Part shown: piece after piece, positions 52,775 through 64,000 of the stretch
Position numbering within the stretch: position 1 is the first letter of the stretch
Layout of the letters: the number at the start of each line of letters is the position of its first letter
NCBI GenBank assembly: GCA_964016885.1
Contig: OZ024740.1
Location: 81,096,001 to 81,160,000, forward strand
From: Eledone cirrhosa
Lineage: Eukaryota
Direction: 5' to 3'
Length of the DNA: 64,000 nt
The notes under the pieces: model-generated
Told to the model about the DNA's origin: nothing
What the model saw: only the letters and a program-made list of their open reading frames with translations
Databases searched by the model: none
Translations under genes and position numbers: made by a program

Positions 52775-54604
52775 CGATGACTATCTCTATTTCTCTTTTA
52801 TACAATCATTATATTTATTTTTATCTATGTGTAACTTCGGTATTCACGTTCATACCGGCAAACAGAACCGATTTTAGTTAATCTACAAAGTATGAAAACT
52901 TTTCAAACTGGAAAAGTTCAAATATTTCCGATTATTAAATTTCATACCTAGATTTCAGTTTGCTCTTCCTTTGTATGAAACCAATTCCAATGTTTTGATG
53001 TTTTGTACATTCAGATTTAATACATCTTGATATTATTCTCATCGATCATATTTTATCTACAATTATTACGAACCAATCACAATATAATTCCCATACTTTT
53101 GTCTGTTGTAACAAAATGAAACGTTTTATGTCTTTGATAACATACTTCTCGATTGAAAGCATATTCTGTCTTCGTATTATTTAACACCAAAATGCATATT
53201 CCTTTCTTAACATTGCAGGTATTCGTATCTATTGTTCTTATTTCCTAATAAATGAAAGAGAAAACCAATAAAATCCTTTATAAAGTGAATGCATTCATTA
53301 CGAGAAAAATAGTGAATTTCATATCTCTCATTTCGATATATCGGATATCTCAGCATGCTTTTGATAATAGAAAATATCTATCAAATAGACAGACAACTGT
53401 TACTTGAATGACAGAAGGTATATATTATGATTAAATCATTACAGACTGGAACAATGAATGGATTCATATATCTATCAGTCGTTTAGTGAAAAGAGGGAAA
53501 TAATAAAGTGTAAAAAAAAAAAAGTAATTAGTTCTGAGATTTCTGCAAAATAATAGAGGAGTGTTTTCTCTTTGATGTATTATTAGAAATATGTTGAATT
53601 TATTATGGGAATGTATACATTGTTCAAAGAAAGTTCGCTTAATCTTACAAAGGAGAAACGAGTTACTTCAAATGGACAATGTAACATAATGAAGAAGTGA
53701 AATGACATATTGACTGATTTGGATGAGTTAGAATGCTGACATTGAGAATATTCAGGACTAAGCACCGAACACACCTCTGAGTCAATTACAACAACCAAAT
53801 CAGTCAATAGATAGAGCTACGCACTCACTGTACTCATAGCAAATGGTTGCAAGTTATTTAGTATACATTTTGCCTTTCCAACATATTGTTACTTGATGTT
53901 GATCTGATTTCCAATATTGTCATTAGAATCCGCGTGCTTCTGTTAAGTTAAATATAGTCGTTTAAAATAACTGAAAGTATTCATTGGTACGTAATTTGTC
54001 GACTGATAACATAATACATTGACTGAAATTACATTTAAAAGTAGAGTAGTTAATCACAAAGAATTTGAACATATTTATAAACACTGACCTCCAACCCACC
54101 GAGGAGGTCTTGGCTGCCCTGAGTCCCCGCTGTTAATATAATTGCTTAAAAAGATGAACATAGGGGTTTAAACAACATCACATGGAACTGCTGGAGATTT
54201 GGCTGTATAATATTGACTTCCACTTGGAAGTAATATGGTATGTCCGAACCGACATACCATATAGGTTGTCACAACCAAGCCATTAGCAGAGAAGAATGGA
54301 CAGACAAATTGACTTTCTTCTCTGAAGTAACATGTATGTCAAAATTAATTTTTCTTCACCCCGCTCTATATATATTTATTTGTTATTATCATTATTTACA
54401 CTATTTGTACAAATGTGCAACTTAACAATATTTTGCATATCCGCAATTGACAATGCATTTAATGCTAAAACCGCTATTGTAAATAGATTAACGATTTGAA
54501 ATTTCACAAAAAAGATCTCAACATTTTCTACTGAAAAAATCTTTTTTTTTCTACTATTTGTTTTTATATATATCAACTCGTGTGTTACCTTTCTACATTC
54601 GATG

Positions 54605-54678
<74 letters not shown>

Positions 54679-54704
54679 TATATTTATATATATATATATT
54701 CATA

Positions 54705-55945
54705 TTTATAGTTTGTTTACAAACCAAAGAATTTAAGGCAATTTTAATAACTGACAATTGTTTCTACCTGGCTTACGCTACATATAGCGAATTATTTAAT
54801 TTAATAATTCACCATTAGTGAGTATAGACCGTGGATGCAATCGGATTTTATATTAAATACCGATATAAGTCACCGAAGAACATAATTAGATAATATACAA
54901 CCACCTCTCAAAGTATCACGATAAAAGTTTACAATTTTGCACACAGTTAATCTGAAAAAAATGCATTGTCTAATTTGAGTTGTAGAGTTCAATATAAAAT
55001 TTGCAGTTATGAATTCATTCCAAAACATAGTAGTCGGAAAGAACTAAATAATGTTTAGAATAGATAATCTCTCATTAATATATCACAAGAAAAATATACT
55101 TTCATGAAAACAGTACAATATATGACAGTATGAAAGAAATATATATTTTTGTTTATGTTTAAGATTTCACGATAAAATCTAACGTTTAATAAACCGTTTC
55201 CAAAATATCACGGTTTGAAAAAGAAATAATAATTGTTTCTACTTTAGGCACAAGGCCAGCAATTATCCAGTGCATTACTGGCACTTTATTCTATCGAGCC
55301 CGTAAGGGTGAAAGGCAAAGTCAACCTCGGCGGGATTTGAACTCAGATCGCAACGAGACGTAACTATGCTGGGAAACATGGCGTCCGACCCTCTACCGAT
55401 ACTGCCAATCCACCGCCCTTGAAAAAGAAATAATAATAATTGTTTTTGAGTTAAAAATCATGGAAATATTTTGACTACCCCAGATAAATATGAATATCGC
55501 CATACTGGAAATATACATTTGCAAATTTATTCTAGAAAGATTGTTAATAACAATGACAACAACATTTTGACTATTAAATCTGAAAACAATTAACATTTCT
55601 CTTTCAAACCATGATATTTTGGATACGGTTTATTAACCGTTAAATTTTTATAGTGAACTCTAAAACATAAACAAAAATATATATTTCTTTTATGTTGCCG
55701 TATTTTGAACTATTTTCATAAATGTAAATATGTATTGTGATATCTTAATGATTTATTTATGTATTACCTGCTTTAAACATTATTTTGAGTGAATTGTATC
55801 AGCATATAAATACACTCCAATGCTCTACCAACTAGCTGCAAATTATGAAATAAAATTATTCGCTGCAGGCAGCGTAACACCGGTAGAAACAATTGTCAGT
55901 TTATAAATGTTTTAATTCTTTGCTTTATATACAAATTATAATTCT
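54705..55945. mobile_element. Diverged foldback element (long inverted arms) with a SINE insertion
   Basis: 55131-55227 is approximately the reverse complement of 55595-55692, and 54705-54800 of 55850-55945. Confidence 0.6.
55229..55417 (-). mobile_element. tRNA/Meta-domain SINE with TSD
   Basis: Full family consensus; ttgaaaaagaaataataat on both sides. Confidence 0.92.
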
Positions 55946-56290
55946 ATAACAGCTCTGCATTGAGCAGAAAAACGACCTAGTAAACGAGTATACGTATTCC
56001 CATTAATATTATTATCATACTATAATATTATTATTATTATATATGTATATATACATATGTGTGGATATGTATGTTCTTCTGGTTTTATAATTTCACAATT
56101 TTTTGGCAATAGAGAGAGAGCCGTTTTCTAACAAAGATACACGACTCTCTCATTGGAATTTACACATCAACTAGGTACATATGTCTGCATGTCTGCATGT
56201 GTGTGCAGGTATGGATGTTATTGTATGTGTGAATGCGTTTATTTTGAGTTGTATGTGTGCATGTGCATATGCTTTGTATCTGTACATGTG

Positions 56291-56592
56291 TTATTAGATG
56301 CAGAATTGTTGGAATGTTTTACATATTTTTATGGTACCATATTTCTATGGATTGTACTTTTAACTCCCTAACTAGTCGTGTTCGTTCTGTTTCTGTAAAG
56401 CCCAGCTTCTCAAGATTTGTATTGAAGGACTTACTATCATATCCCAGTGCGCCAATAATCACAGGCATAAATCTTGTTATAGTCAGGGTGGAGTATCTGC
56501 AGATTTCACATCAGTTCTGCATACATATTCCCTTTTACACTAATCTTTGATATCATATTGGCATCTGCTGGGCAGCTAACTTCAACTACTGG
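56291..56592 (-). mobile_element. R4/Dong-type RLE fragment, older copy
   Basis: VVEVSCPADAN..LM*NLQILHPDY, homologous to the adjacent copy. Confidence 0.65.
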
Positions 56593-56620
56593 AATGTATA
56601 TGTATATGCATGTATGTATG

Positions 56621-57303
56621 TTATCTCTTTCTCTTAATTTTAAGTATATTTTTTTGACCAGCCACCTTCCTGGTGGCAAGGTTGTAAAAGTAAAGAAATT
56701 CTCATCCCTTGAATCGCAAGAATATTTTGCAAATTTTGAAGGTGCCAGCTATCGCAGCCATTTGTAGACTATCAATTAGGGAGCTGCGCTCTTTGTCCGC
56801 AAATCCACCTTCAGTCATACTTTGGTCCAAGCGGGTTGGTATATAACCTGTAGCTCCAATAATGATGGGTATGAAGCTAAATGTGTATCTTGGATACTGG
56901 ATTTGTAAACTCCTCATCAATGGTCCGTATGTGTCCTCCTTCTCCTGTATTTTTCTGACAACGTTTACATCAAGTGGGCAGCTGATCTCCACAACAGAAC
57001 ACGTTTTCAATGTGTGGTCCCAAACAGCAATATCAGGCCGGCTGTGCTTTAATTTGGTGGCAGTTTTTATTTTCAGGTTCCACCAGTATTCCTTAGTGCC
57101 ATCTGTCTCAATATATTCTTCCTCGTTTGTTGTTAATTTTGTTTTCCGAAGTCCGTTCCAGATGGTTTTAGCTATCCCATCGTGTCTCATGGGGAGGTAG
57201 TAGCGAGATGATATTCTTTCGCAGGTGGCAACAATGTGGCTTTCATCCTCGATCTTTGTTTTACATAGCCTACATTTATTGTCAGCTGATGGCCCTTCCC
57301 TTT
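56621..57303 (-). mobile_element. R4/Dong-clade non-LTR 3' fragment (CCHC + restriction-like endonuclease), open frame
   Basis: CRLC..E..HIV..C, RHD, WWN..I.T, RPDIAVWD..VVEISCPLD.N..K..EK..Y, PIIIGATG. (ATGT)n at both junctions. Confidence 0.88.
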
Positions 57304-57383
57304 TGTGCATGTATGTATGTATGTATGTATGAATGTATGTATGTATGTATGCATGTATACACACACGACTGTCGCAAGCGGTC

Positions 57384-57441
57384 GGAGGGACCGTCCTGAC
57401 GAAGGCCAGTTAAGCCTGAAATGCATAGACGATTGTCCTCC
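57384..57441 (+). ncRNA. Type I hammerhead ribozyme, intact core
   Basis: ggagggac-cgtc-CTGACGA-aggc cagttaa gcct-GAAA-tgca-TA-gacg-att-gtcctcc. Palindromic atgcat stem III; extended stem I with an internal loop. Confidence 0.8.
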
Positions 57442-57504
57442 TTGCTTCTGCTGGACATCACCAGAGGCAACATGACCCTCCCAAAGTATATAAATATATA
57501 TATA

Positions 57505-57592
<88 letters not shown>

Positions 57593-57594
<2 letters not shown>

Positions 57595-59955
57595 GGAAAA
57601 TTTGAACAGGAACAAAACAGAGAGGCAGTACAACGAATGTTTATTAATTTCACGCTTTTGAGAGTGGGATGGTGGTGGGGAACGACGTTTCGGGCATAAG
57701 CCTTCTTCAGGTGAAAAGTGTGTGGGAAGAGAGTTCAAAGGGTGTGTAGGGGAGTGGTGGAGAGACATATAGCGAAAAGGGGGTGGGAGGAAACGGTGCG
57801 AATGAAATAAAAAATAAAATCATGATCAAAATAAAATTAAAATGGGGTAAAACAGGTGGTGGAAGGGTGTGGGGCGTATAGGGGTGGTGGCAGATGGAGT
57901 GGGGAGAGGGAGACGGGGTGTCCGAGCGGGGAGGGCTGAAGGTGGAGTGTGTGTGTAGGTGTACGTGTGTGTGTGTGTGTGTGTATGTGAAAGCAAGGGT
58001 TGGGGGAAGAACGGGGTTGCATGTTCAGGAAGAGGTGTGTGTGGGGTGGGGTGTAGGTCGGAGTGTGTGTGCGTGTGTGGATAGAGGGGTGGGGGAGAGG
58101 AATCCGGAGGCTGAATGTGTAAATATGTGGTGGAACACACGTGTGTGTGGGGTTTAAGCGTGTTGTGGGTGTAGGTGGCGTGTTGGAAAACATTTTTTGG
58201 GGGGTGTGTGTGTGGGTGAGTCAAAAAGGTTATTCCGTAAGAAGATGTTGTGGAATGGTTGGTAAAATCCTAGGATGGTAGTTGATTCCGCGGTCAAGGT
58301 CCACATACGAGTAATCCGTGAAGAGATGGTCGGAAGAGGGGAGATGTGGGGTGCGCGCGCAACAGGAAGTGGTCAAGGCAGTGGGAGTGCTGTGTGTCTG
58401 TGTGTGCTGGGAGGTGGTCAGGGGGCATAGCAGCAGTAGGGTGGAATGGTAAAGGGGCGAGGATGGGTAGGTGTGAACGTTGGAGTGAGGAGGGGGGTGA
58501 ATTAGTAGAGGTGTTAGTGGGATGAGTGAGTGTTTGTGAAAGGGTGTGGGTGGAGCGGGGAGAGAAGGGTGTGGGGGTCGATGGAGGGAGTGTGGTGTAC
58601 TGGTGTGTGTGTAGTTTGATGAAGGGGGTGTTAGTGGGTGTTAGTATACGGGAGGTGGAGAAAGAGTTGAATGCGGGTGTGAGTGGGGGTTAGTGGTGGT
58701 AGGGTGTGTAGAGTTGGTGGTGTAAGAGGGTGTGTGTGTACGTGTGCGTAGGGTTGGGGGGTGTTAGTGATGTTAGTTGCGTGTAGGGTGGGTGGTGTAA
58801 GTGGGTGCGTGTGTTCGTGTGCTTGGGGTCAGGGGGTGTTAGTGATGTTAGTTGCGGGGTGGTGGGGTGGATGTGTGGGGGTGAGGGTTAGTGGTGGTAG
58901 TAGGGTGTGTGTTTAGTGTGAGCGCGTGTATATATGTGCCGGTGGGTGTGTGCGTGTGATAAGGAGGGGGAGGAGAAGAAGGGAGGGATGTTAGTATGTT
59001 AGTTGGGGAAGGGTGGTCGGATGAGGGGTGGAGTGGAGGTGTTAGTATTGTTAGTTGTGGGGTGGGCGGTGAAAAGGAGGGGTGTGTTAGTGGTGTTACT
59101 GGGGGATATGTGTGGGTGTCGAAGGCTAAAGGAATAAGGGTGGGGAGTTCAGGCCGGGGGGAGTGAGTGTGGGTCTGTAAGATGAAGATGGTTCTTTGTT
59201 CAACTTTGAGGAGTTTGGCGGGTGTTCCGTGGCATTGGAGTAGGCCCCAGACTGTGAGATGGCGTGCGGAATGTCCAGGGGCACCAAAGTGGTGGGCGAT
59301 GGGGGAACTACCACCGAGACGAATATCCCGGAGGTGCTCAGTGAATCTGTCCGCCAGGCGACGTCCCGTCTGTCCGACGTAAGTCTGTATACTAGGTTGG
59401 TGGAGATGCAGCGGAAGGGATGCCGGACAGAGAGAGAGTGGCCGTTGGGACCCTGGAAGGTGGTAGTGTTGGTGATGTGGGGACAGGTGTTGCAGCGGGG
59501 CCTAGAACAGGGAAAGGAACCGGGAGGGAGAGAGCGTGGGTTGGGGGGTAGGGAGCTGTGGACGAGGAGGGTGCGGAGATTGCGTGCGCGTTTGAAGGAG
59601 GGGAGTGGTGGGGTTGGGAATATGTGGGAGGGGTCGGACTGGAGGCGTCGGAAGAGGCGGCGGATGGTGCGGTGGAGGGGTAAGTGGAGGGGTGGTAGGT
59701 GATGGGGAAGGGGAGACGGTGGGTGGGTGTGCGGTGGCGTGGGGTGAGGGTGGTGGAGCGGTGGACAGCACGTGCGCGGGTGAGAGCGGTGTGGACGAGA
59801 GGGGGGGGGGAACCTCTGCGGATGAAATGGCTGACTAGGTAAAGGGCCTGGGACTCGAACTCAGCATCTCGGCTACAGAGGCGGCGGATCCTGAGGAGTT
59901 GGGAGTAGGGAATAGAGTGTTTAGTGTGTGTGGGTGGGAAGAGGTGAAGACGAGG
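57593..59955 (-). mobile_element. Neptune-type PLE 3' fragment (missed by the ORF track) with a C-rich 3' region and pLTR
   Basis: Manual minus translation of 59126-59955: SSHP..SIPYSQLLRIRRLCS, ITYHP, FKRARNLRTLLV, PCSRPRCNTCP, FRCISTNLVY, YVGQTGRRLADRFTEH, IAHHF..H, EQRTIF.L..PPGLN. Confidence 0.9.
57682..57712 (-). ncRNA. Minimal hammerhead motif in the Neptune pLTR
   Basis: ac-CTGAAGA-aggc ttat gccc-GAAA-cg-TC-gt; stem I is very short. Confidence 0.6.
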
Positions 59956-60203
59956 TATATATATATATATATACGTTTGTATAAGTGCGTGTGTGTGTAT
60001 TTACGTGTACGTATATGTATGTGTGTTTACATATATATGTATATATACAGTATATATATATATATATGGGTGTGTGTGTTTGTGTACGTGTATATATGTA
60101 TGTGACTGTGTTTGTATGTATATATACATATATATATATATGTATATATATACATATGTATATATACATACACATATATATATATACATACATATGTACA
60201 TAT

Positions 60204-60606
60204 ATGACCCCTTAGCCTTTGTCAAGGCAGAATTCTAGGAGAAGGAAAACTCTGATATAACACCTGCAACCCTGATGGTATCCAATGATGTTGACTTGTT
60301 CTTCTTTTTGGTAAATATCATCTTGGTTAAGAGAGTGGGACTGGCTTTGTGCAGTGCCTTTGCTCACTATAAAAGCTTCACGGCACAGGCATTGCTTTAT
60401 ATCTGGAGATCTCTCTGCACTTGTCGTCACATGGTACCATGGGCCCAGCACTATGTGTCAGTAATTGTCACAAGTGTAGTGTTTGTACCAGGGTTTTCAA
60501 GTCGCTGGCTGGACTAAAAAGTCACACTCGTTCAGCGCATCGGTGGGGGTTCTCCTGCATGGATATAAAGTAGTGGCCGTACTCGAAAACGAGTTGGCAG
60601 CCACCA
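60204..60606 (+). mobile_element. Non-autonomous bipartite RTE-related element
   Basis: 60204-60272 is near-identical to RTE 5' UTR 22139-22210. The 3' end tggccgtactcgaaaacgagttggcagccaccat resembles the RTE 3' end at 50197-50230. (TA)n flanks. Confidence 0.7.
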
Positions 60607-61973
60607 TATATATATATATGCATGTACATTTATATGTGTATATGCAGGTATGTGTATATGTATATGTGTGTGTTTGTGTTTAAGTGTGTATCGCTTTTTT
60701 ATATGCGTGCGTATATGTTTATACAAAATGTTTCTCTCATTGCCCCCGTCCATCAGAATGGTGGTATGCTGCCTCATTCTTTAAGACACAACCCTATGGT
60801 TTGGTGTGTTTTTAATCATTTCTGGTTGCTATTTTACCCTGCTTTCAGTAGGAAAAAAACAAACAAGTTCGTACAAACGCCCTCAATTAATGGACAAAGC
60901 AGATAGGTTTGTTCCCCAAAATGATCCACCTAGATATGAACCATATTGTATCTAACACAATCTAAATTTAGTGTCATAGTACATTTCCTGCATAACATTT
61001 TCTAACATTAAGATAAAATAACATACGCATTCTAAACAATCTCCATTCAAATAAATTATACAATAATCACACACAGTAGAAATTATTCACAGCAAACAAT
61101 TCAATTATTATTAACCAAAAGACAACATTCATATGTCCAGTAAAAATTTGATGCTACAGAGAATCATCATCTCACACATTTAAAAGATCATGCTGTACAT
61201 CTCTAATGATGACGGTAATGCACCTGCTGGTAGAGTGGAATTCACATAATAATTATGAAAAAGCCGTGTAAAATGAACAAAAATAAAAGAACTATTATTT
61301 TAATCATCTCTTTCTGAATATTGCTATTTAATTAAAATACCATCATTTACTTGATTCACCTGGAATTTACTATTTTTTTTTCCTTGTATTTAAAAAATAT
61401 CTTTGTATGGACCACTTGATTCTGGTCATCGTTAGGGTCTAGCTAAAACAATAAATAATCAAATTTGCTTAAATGAAAATAGATTAATCCGATTGGAGAT
61501 GAAAATACAGATTGTCCTCATTGTTTTTCGTCATTATTTAATTGCTATGATTAAATTTGAATTCTCTGTTCTAATAGATGAATGTTTTCGAACAAAACTG
61601 TCGGCAAACATGAAAGTGTTGAAATATTGTTTATACAAGGATGTTTATTATAGTAACAAGGTAATTTTAGAATTATACGATTAACAAGGCAACAATTAAA
61701 TGATAATTTGATGAAAGGTTTGAGAAATACCCGGACGGGATTTAGAAATATAACCTAAATCATGTTCGTGGTTGCTATCAATCTGTGATATTCCAGGTTT
61801 GAAATTTGAGAAAGTATTAGAGACTCCAATTTGAAGAAAGCTTTGGACATTCTGGTTTAAGATCTACCATTATTCACGAGTTGTTACTAACTCTATTTAG
61901 AACATACCATCCAAAATCAGATTTACAGCGATCATACCTACCACGAACACTCAAAGGAAGAGGCCCATGCAAA

Positions 61974-62370
61974 TAATGGTTTATTATATAGGCAGAAGGC
62001 CAGCAATTTGGGGGGGGGGGGAGTCGATTAAATCGACTCCAATGCGTGACTGGTACTTTATTTTATCGCCTCCAAAAGGGTGAAAGGCAAAGTTAACCTC
62101 GTTGTGATTTGAACTCAAATCGTAAAGATCCGTAACTCTATGCTGCAAAGCATGGTATCCGACGCTCTACCGATACTGCCAATCGACCACCCTCGCCCAT
62201 GCAAAAAATATAACCACTGTAGGACTACAAAATATACATCATGAAAAATAATTGTTTCTACTGTTTGGCACAAGACCACCAATTATCCCAGTGTATTACT
62301 GGTACTTTATTTTATCGACTCCGTAAGGATGAAAGGCAAAGTTAACCTCGGCGGGATTTGAACTCAGAAT
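61974..62370 (-). mobile_element. Two tRNA/Meta-domain SINEs (61974-62191 with TSD gcccatgcaaa; 62248-62370 partial)
   Basis: Match to the family consensus. Confidence 0.85.
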
Positions 62371-62899
62371 GGCAAAAGGTTAACAGAAATAACTAAGGAA
62401 CTTTAATAAAACAAATATTGTTTTCTCTCTGCAAGAAAGTCAACACATTCGAAATGGAAGCTGAATTGACGGAAAATATGGCAAACATGGAAACACAGAA
62501 GAAACAGTCTTAGAAATTGCGAAACAAAATTAAATCTACATTGCAAAGGGATCTCCAGAATTCTATGCTAAAATGTTAGCAAGATAAACCCCCACATAGC
62601 CAATACCCGATAAAACGGAATAGAAGGTGTAGAGAAGGAAAGTACCCAACACTGGAATCAGAGGCACTGGTATAATTGCTGCGACTGAATGATTTTTAAT
62701 TGCAGAAAAAGATCAAAGCTAACCCATCAGAAACGAACAAATATGCATAATGAAGCACAACAAAATAAATCACTATTAGGCAATGCACACTCTCAATAGA
62801 TTAGAAACAACCTCAAAAATAACACGACACATACCTAAGGCACACAGAGCTATTTTCGGTAATGCAGTAACAACATGCAATAAAAATGAGACTAATACC

Positions 62900-63121
62900 A
62901 ATAATGGTTTTTGATTTAGGCACAAGGCCAACTATATTTGGGGAAAGGGAAACTCGATTAAATCGAACCCCAGTGCATTGCTGGTACTCTATTTTATCGA
63001 CCCCGTAAGGATGAAAGGCAAAGCTAAACTCGGCCGTATTTGAAGTCAGAATATAAAGGGCCGTAACGTTATGCCGTTAACCATATTCCCCGACGCTTTA
63101 CCGATTCTATCAATCCACCGC
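62900..63121 (-). mobile_element. tRNA/Meta-domain SINE with TSD
   Basis: Family match; flanks actaat(a/g)ccaataat. Confidence 0.85.
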
Positions 63122-63379
63122 ACTAATGCCAATAATATTGATAAATACAGATACCGTTTTTCCGCACAGGAAAGCTTAGCCTATTGCGATGCATACGAAT
63201 GATACATTAGAAAAGGGAGCAATAATAGGAATTGTTATTGCAGCAATCAATCTGAATGAACCCCAGAGATGTCAAAATAATACAAAGTTATTAAATCACG
63301 TAGAACCTCAGCAAATAGATTTACAAGTTTTATAAAACACTCTGACTAGCATAGAATTGGAACATATGTCTCTGTATCA

Positions 63380-64000
63380 AATCTACCTGGAATACTCACC
63401 CCTTACACCATCCAACTTCTCGCCGCCTTTAATCATCTAGGCGCCCGCTTATCCCTCCTGTTGTTGGTATTTTCGCACCCAGCGATCAAAATCAATGCGC
63501 ATTACATGTCCGTACCATCAAAGTTGTCTCTCCTGCACACCACCTGGGACTCCTTTAGCTCTTCCAAGCTCTGCCTTTCTCTCATTCTCTCTAGCTTAGT
63601 GTACTGTCAGACCTTTTGATTCCAAATTTTGGTTACATGGTCGGAACTTATTCTCTAGTTGTTTTATGGATTCAGCTATGAGGAGCAGATCATGTGCATA
63701 GAGAAATTCCAATGGATAGTCAGTCTAAAACACATCTGTTGTGTGCTGGAGAACTATTGAATTAACAACCGAACATTATGAACATCTACTACTTTGCATT
63801 TCTCACAAAACGCATTTCCTACTCTCACTTTATTGACAGCTCCTCTGTACATGGTTTGTACTGTTATCACAAGCCTATTTTCCTTAAATAGATAATAGAT
63901 CGAGGTAAACTGTCAACATTTTTCTCTAGATCAACAAAAGCTAGATATTGTGGCATTCTCTTGGCTAGGAATTTTTCTAGTGGTTGCCTCACTAAAAATA
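63380..64000 (-). mobile_element. Decayed RTE-like RT fragment (continues beyond the window)
   Basis: LEKFLAK..YLAFVDLEK..D and PLEFLYAHDLLLIAES on the minus strand. Confidence 0.75.

Noticed and set aside
59259-59838. Pro-rich and Gly/Arg-rich ORFs in the track
   Set aside because: They are alternative frames or the antisense of the C-rich Neptune GIY-YIG coding remnant.

Overview
AT-rich eukaryotic DNA, packed with microsatellites and decayed transposons. I found no host protein-coding gene, rRNA, tRNA gene or CRISPR array. The tRNA-head/Meta-domain SINEs and the microsatellite load suggest a cephalopod such as octopus (inference). The window holds remnants of at least six Penelope-like elements (PLEs: three Naiad-type, two Neptune-type, one Poseidon/Nematis-type), a near full-length but broken RTE LINE plus other RTE fragments, CRE-type and R4/Dong-type fragments, non-autonomous Helitrons, a mariner-type MITE and about ten SINEs. 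Most ORFs in the supplied track are microsatellite translations. The main unannotated signal is about 15 type-I hammerhead ribozyme (HHR) motifs, from intact to degenerate, sitting in PLE pseudo-LTRs or in solo fragments inserted at (TA)n, often as inverted pairs. Highlights: a U3:A8 core-covariant HHR inside a mismatch-free interleaved inverted duplication (494-1549); an HHR with an upstream antisense segment able to block it (29978-30119); and a pLTR copy whose 5' end falls at the predicted HHR cleavage site. Also notable are apparent (CATA)n targeting by an R4/Dong-like element, a palindrome built from two Helitron 3' ends, and a bipartite non-autonomous RTE family. All folds and alignments were done by eye, so element boundaries are approximate.
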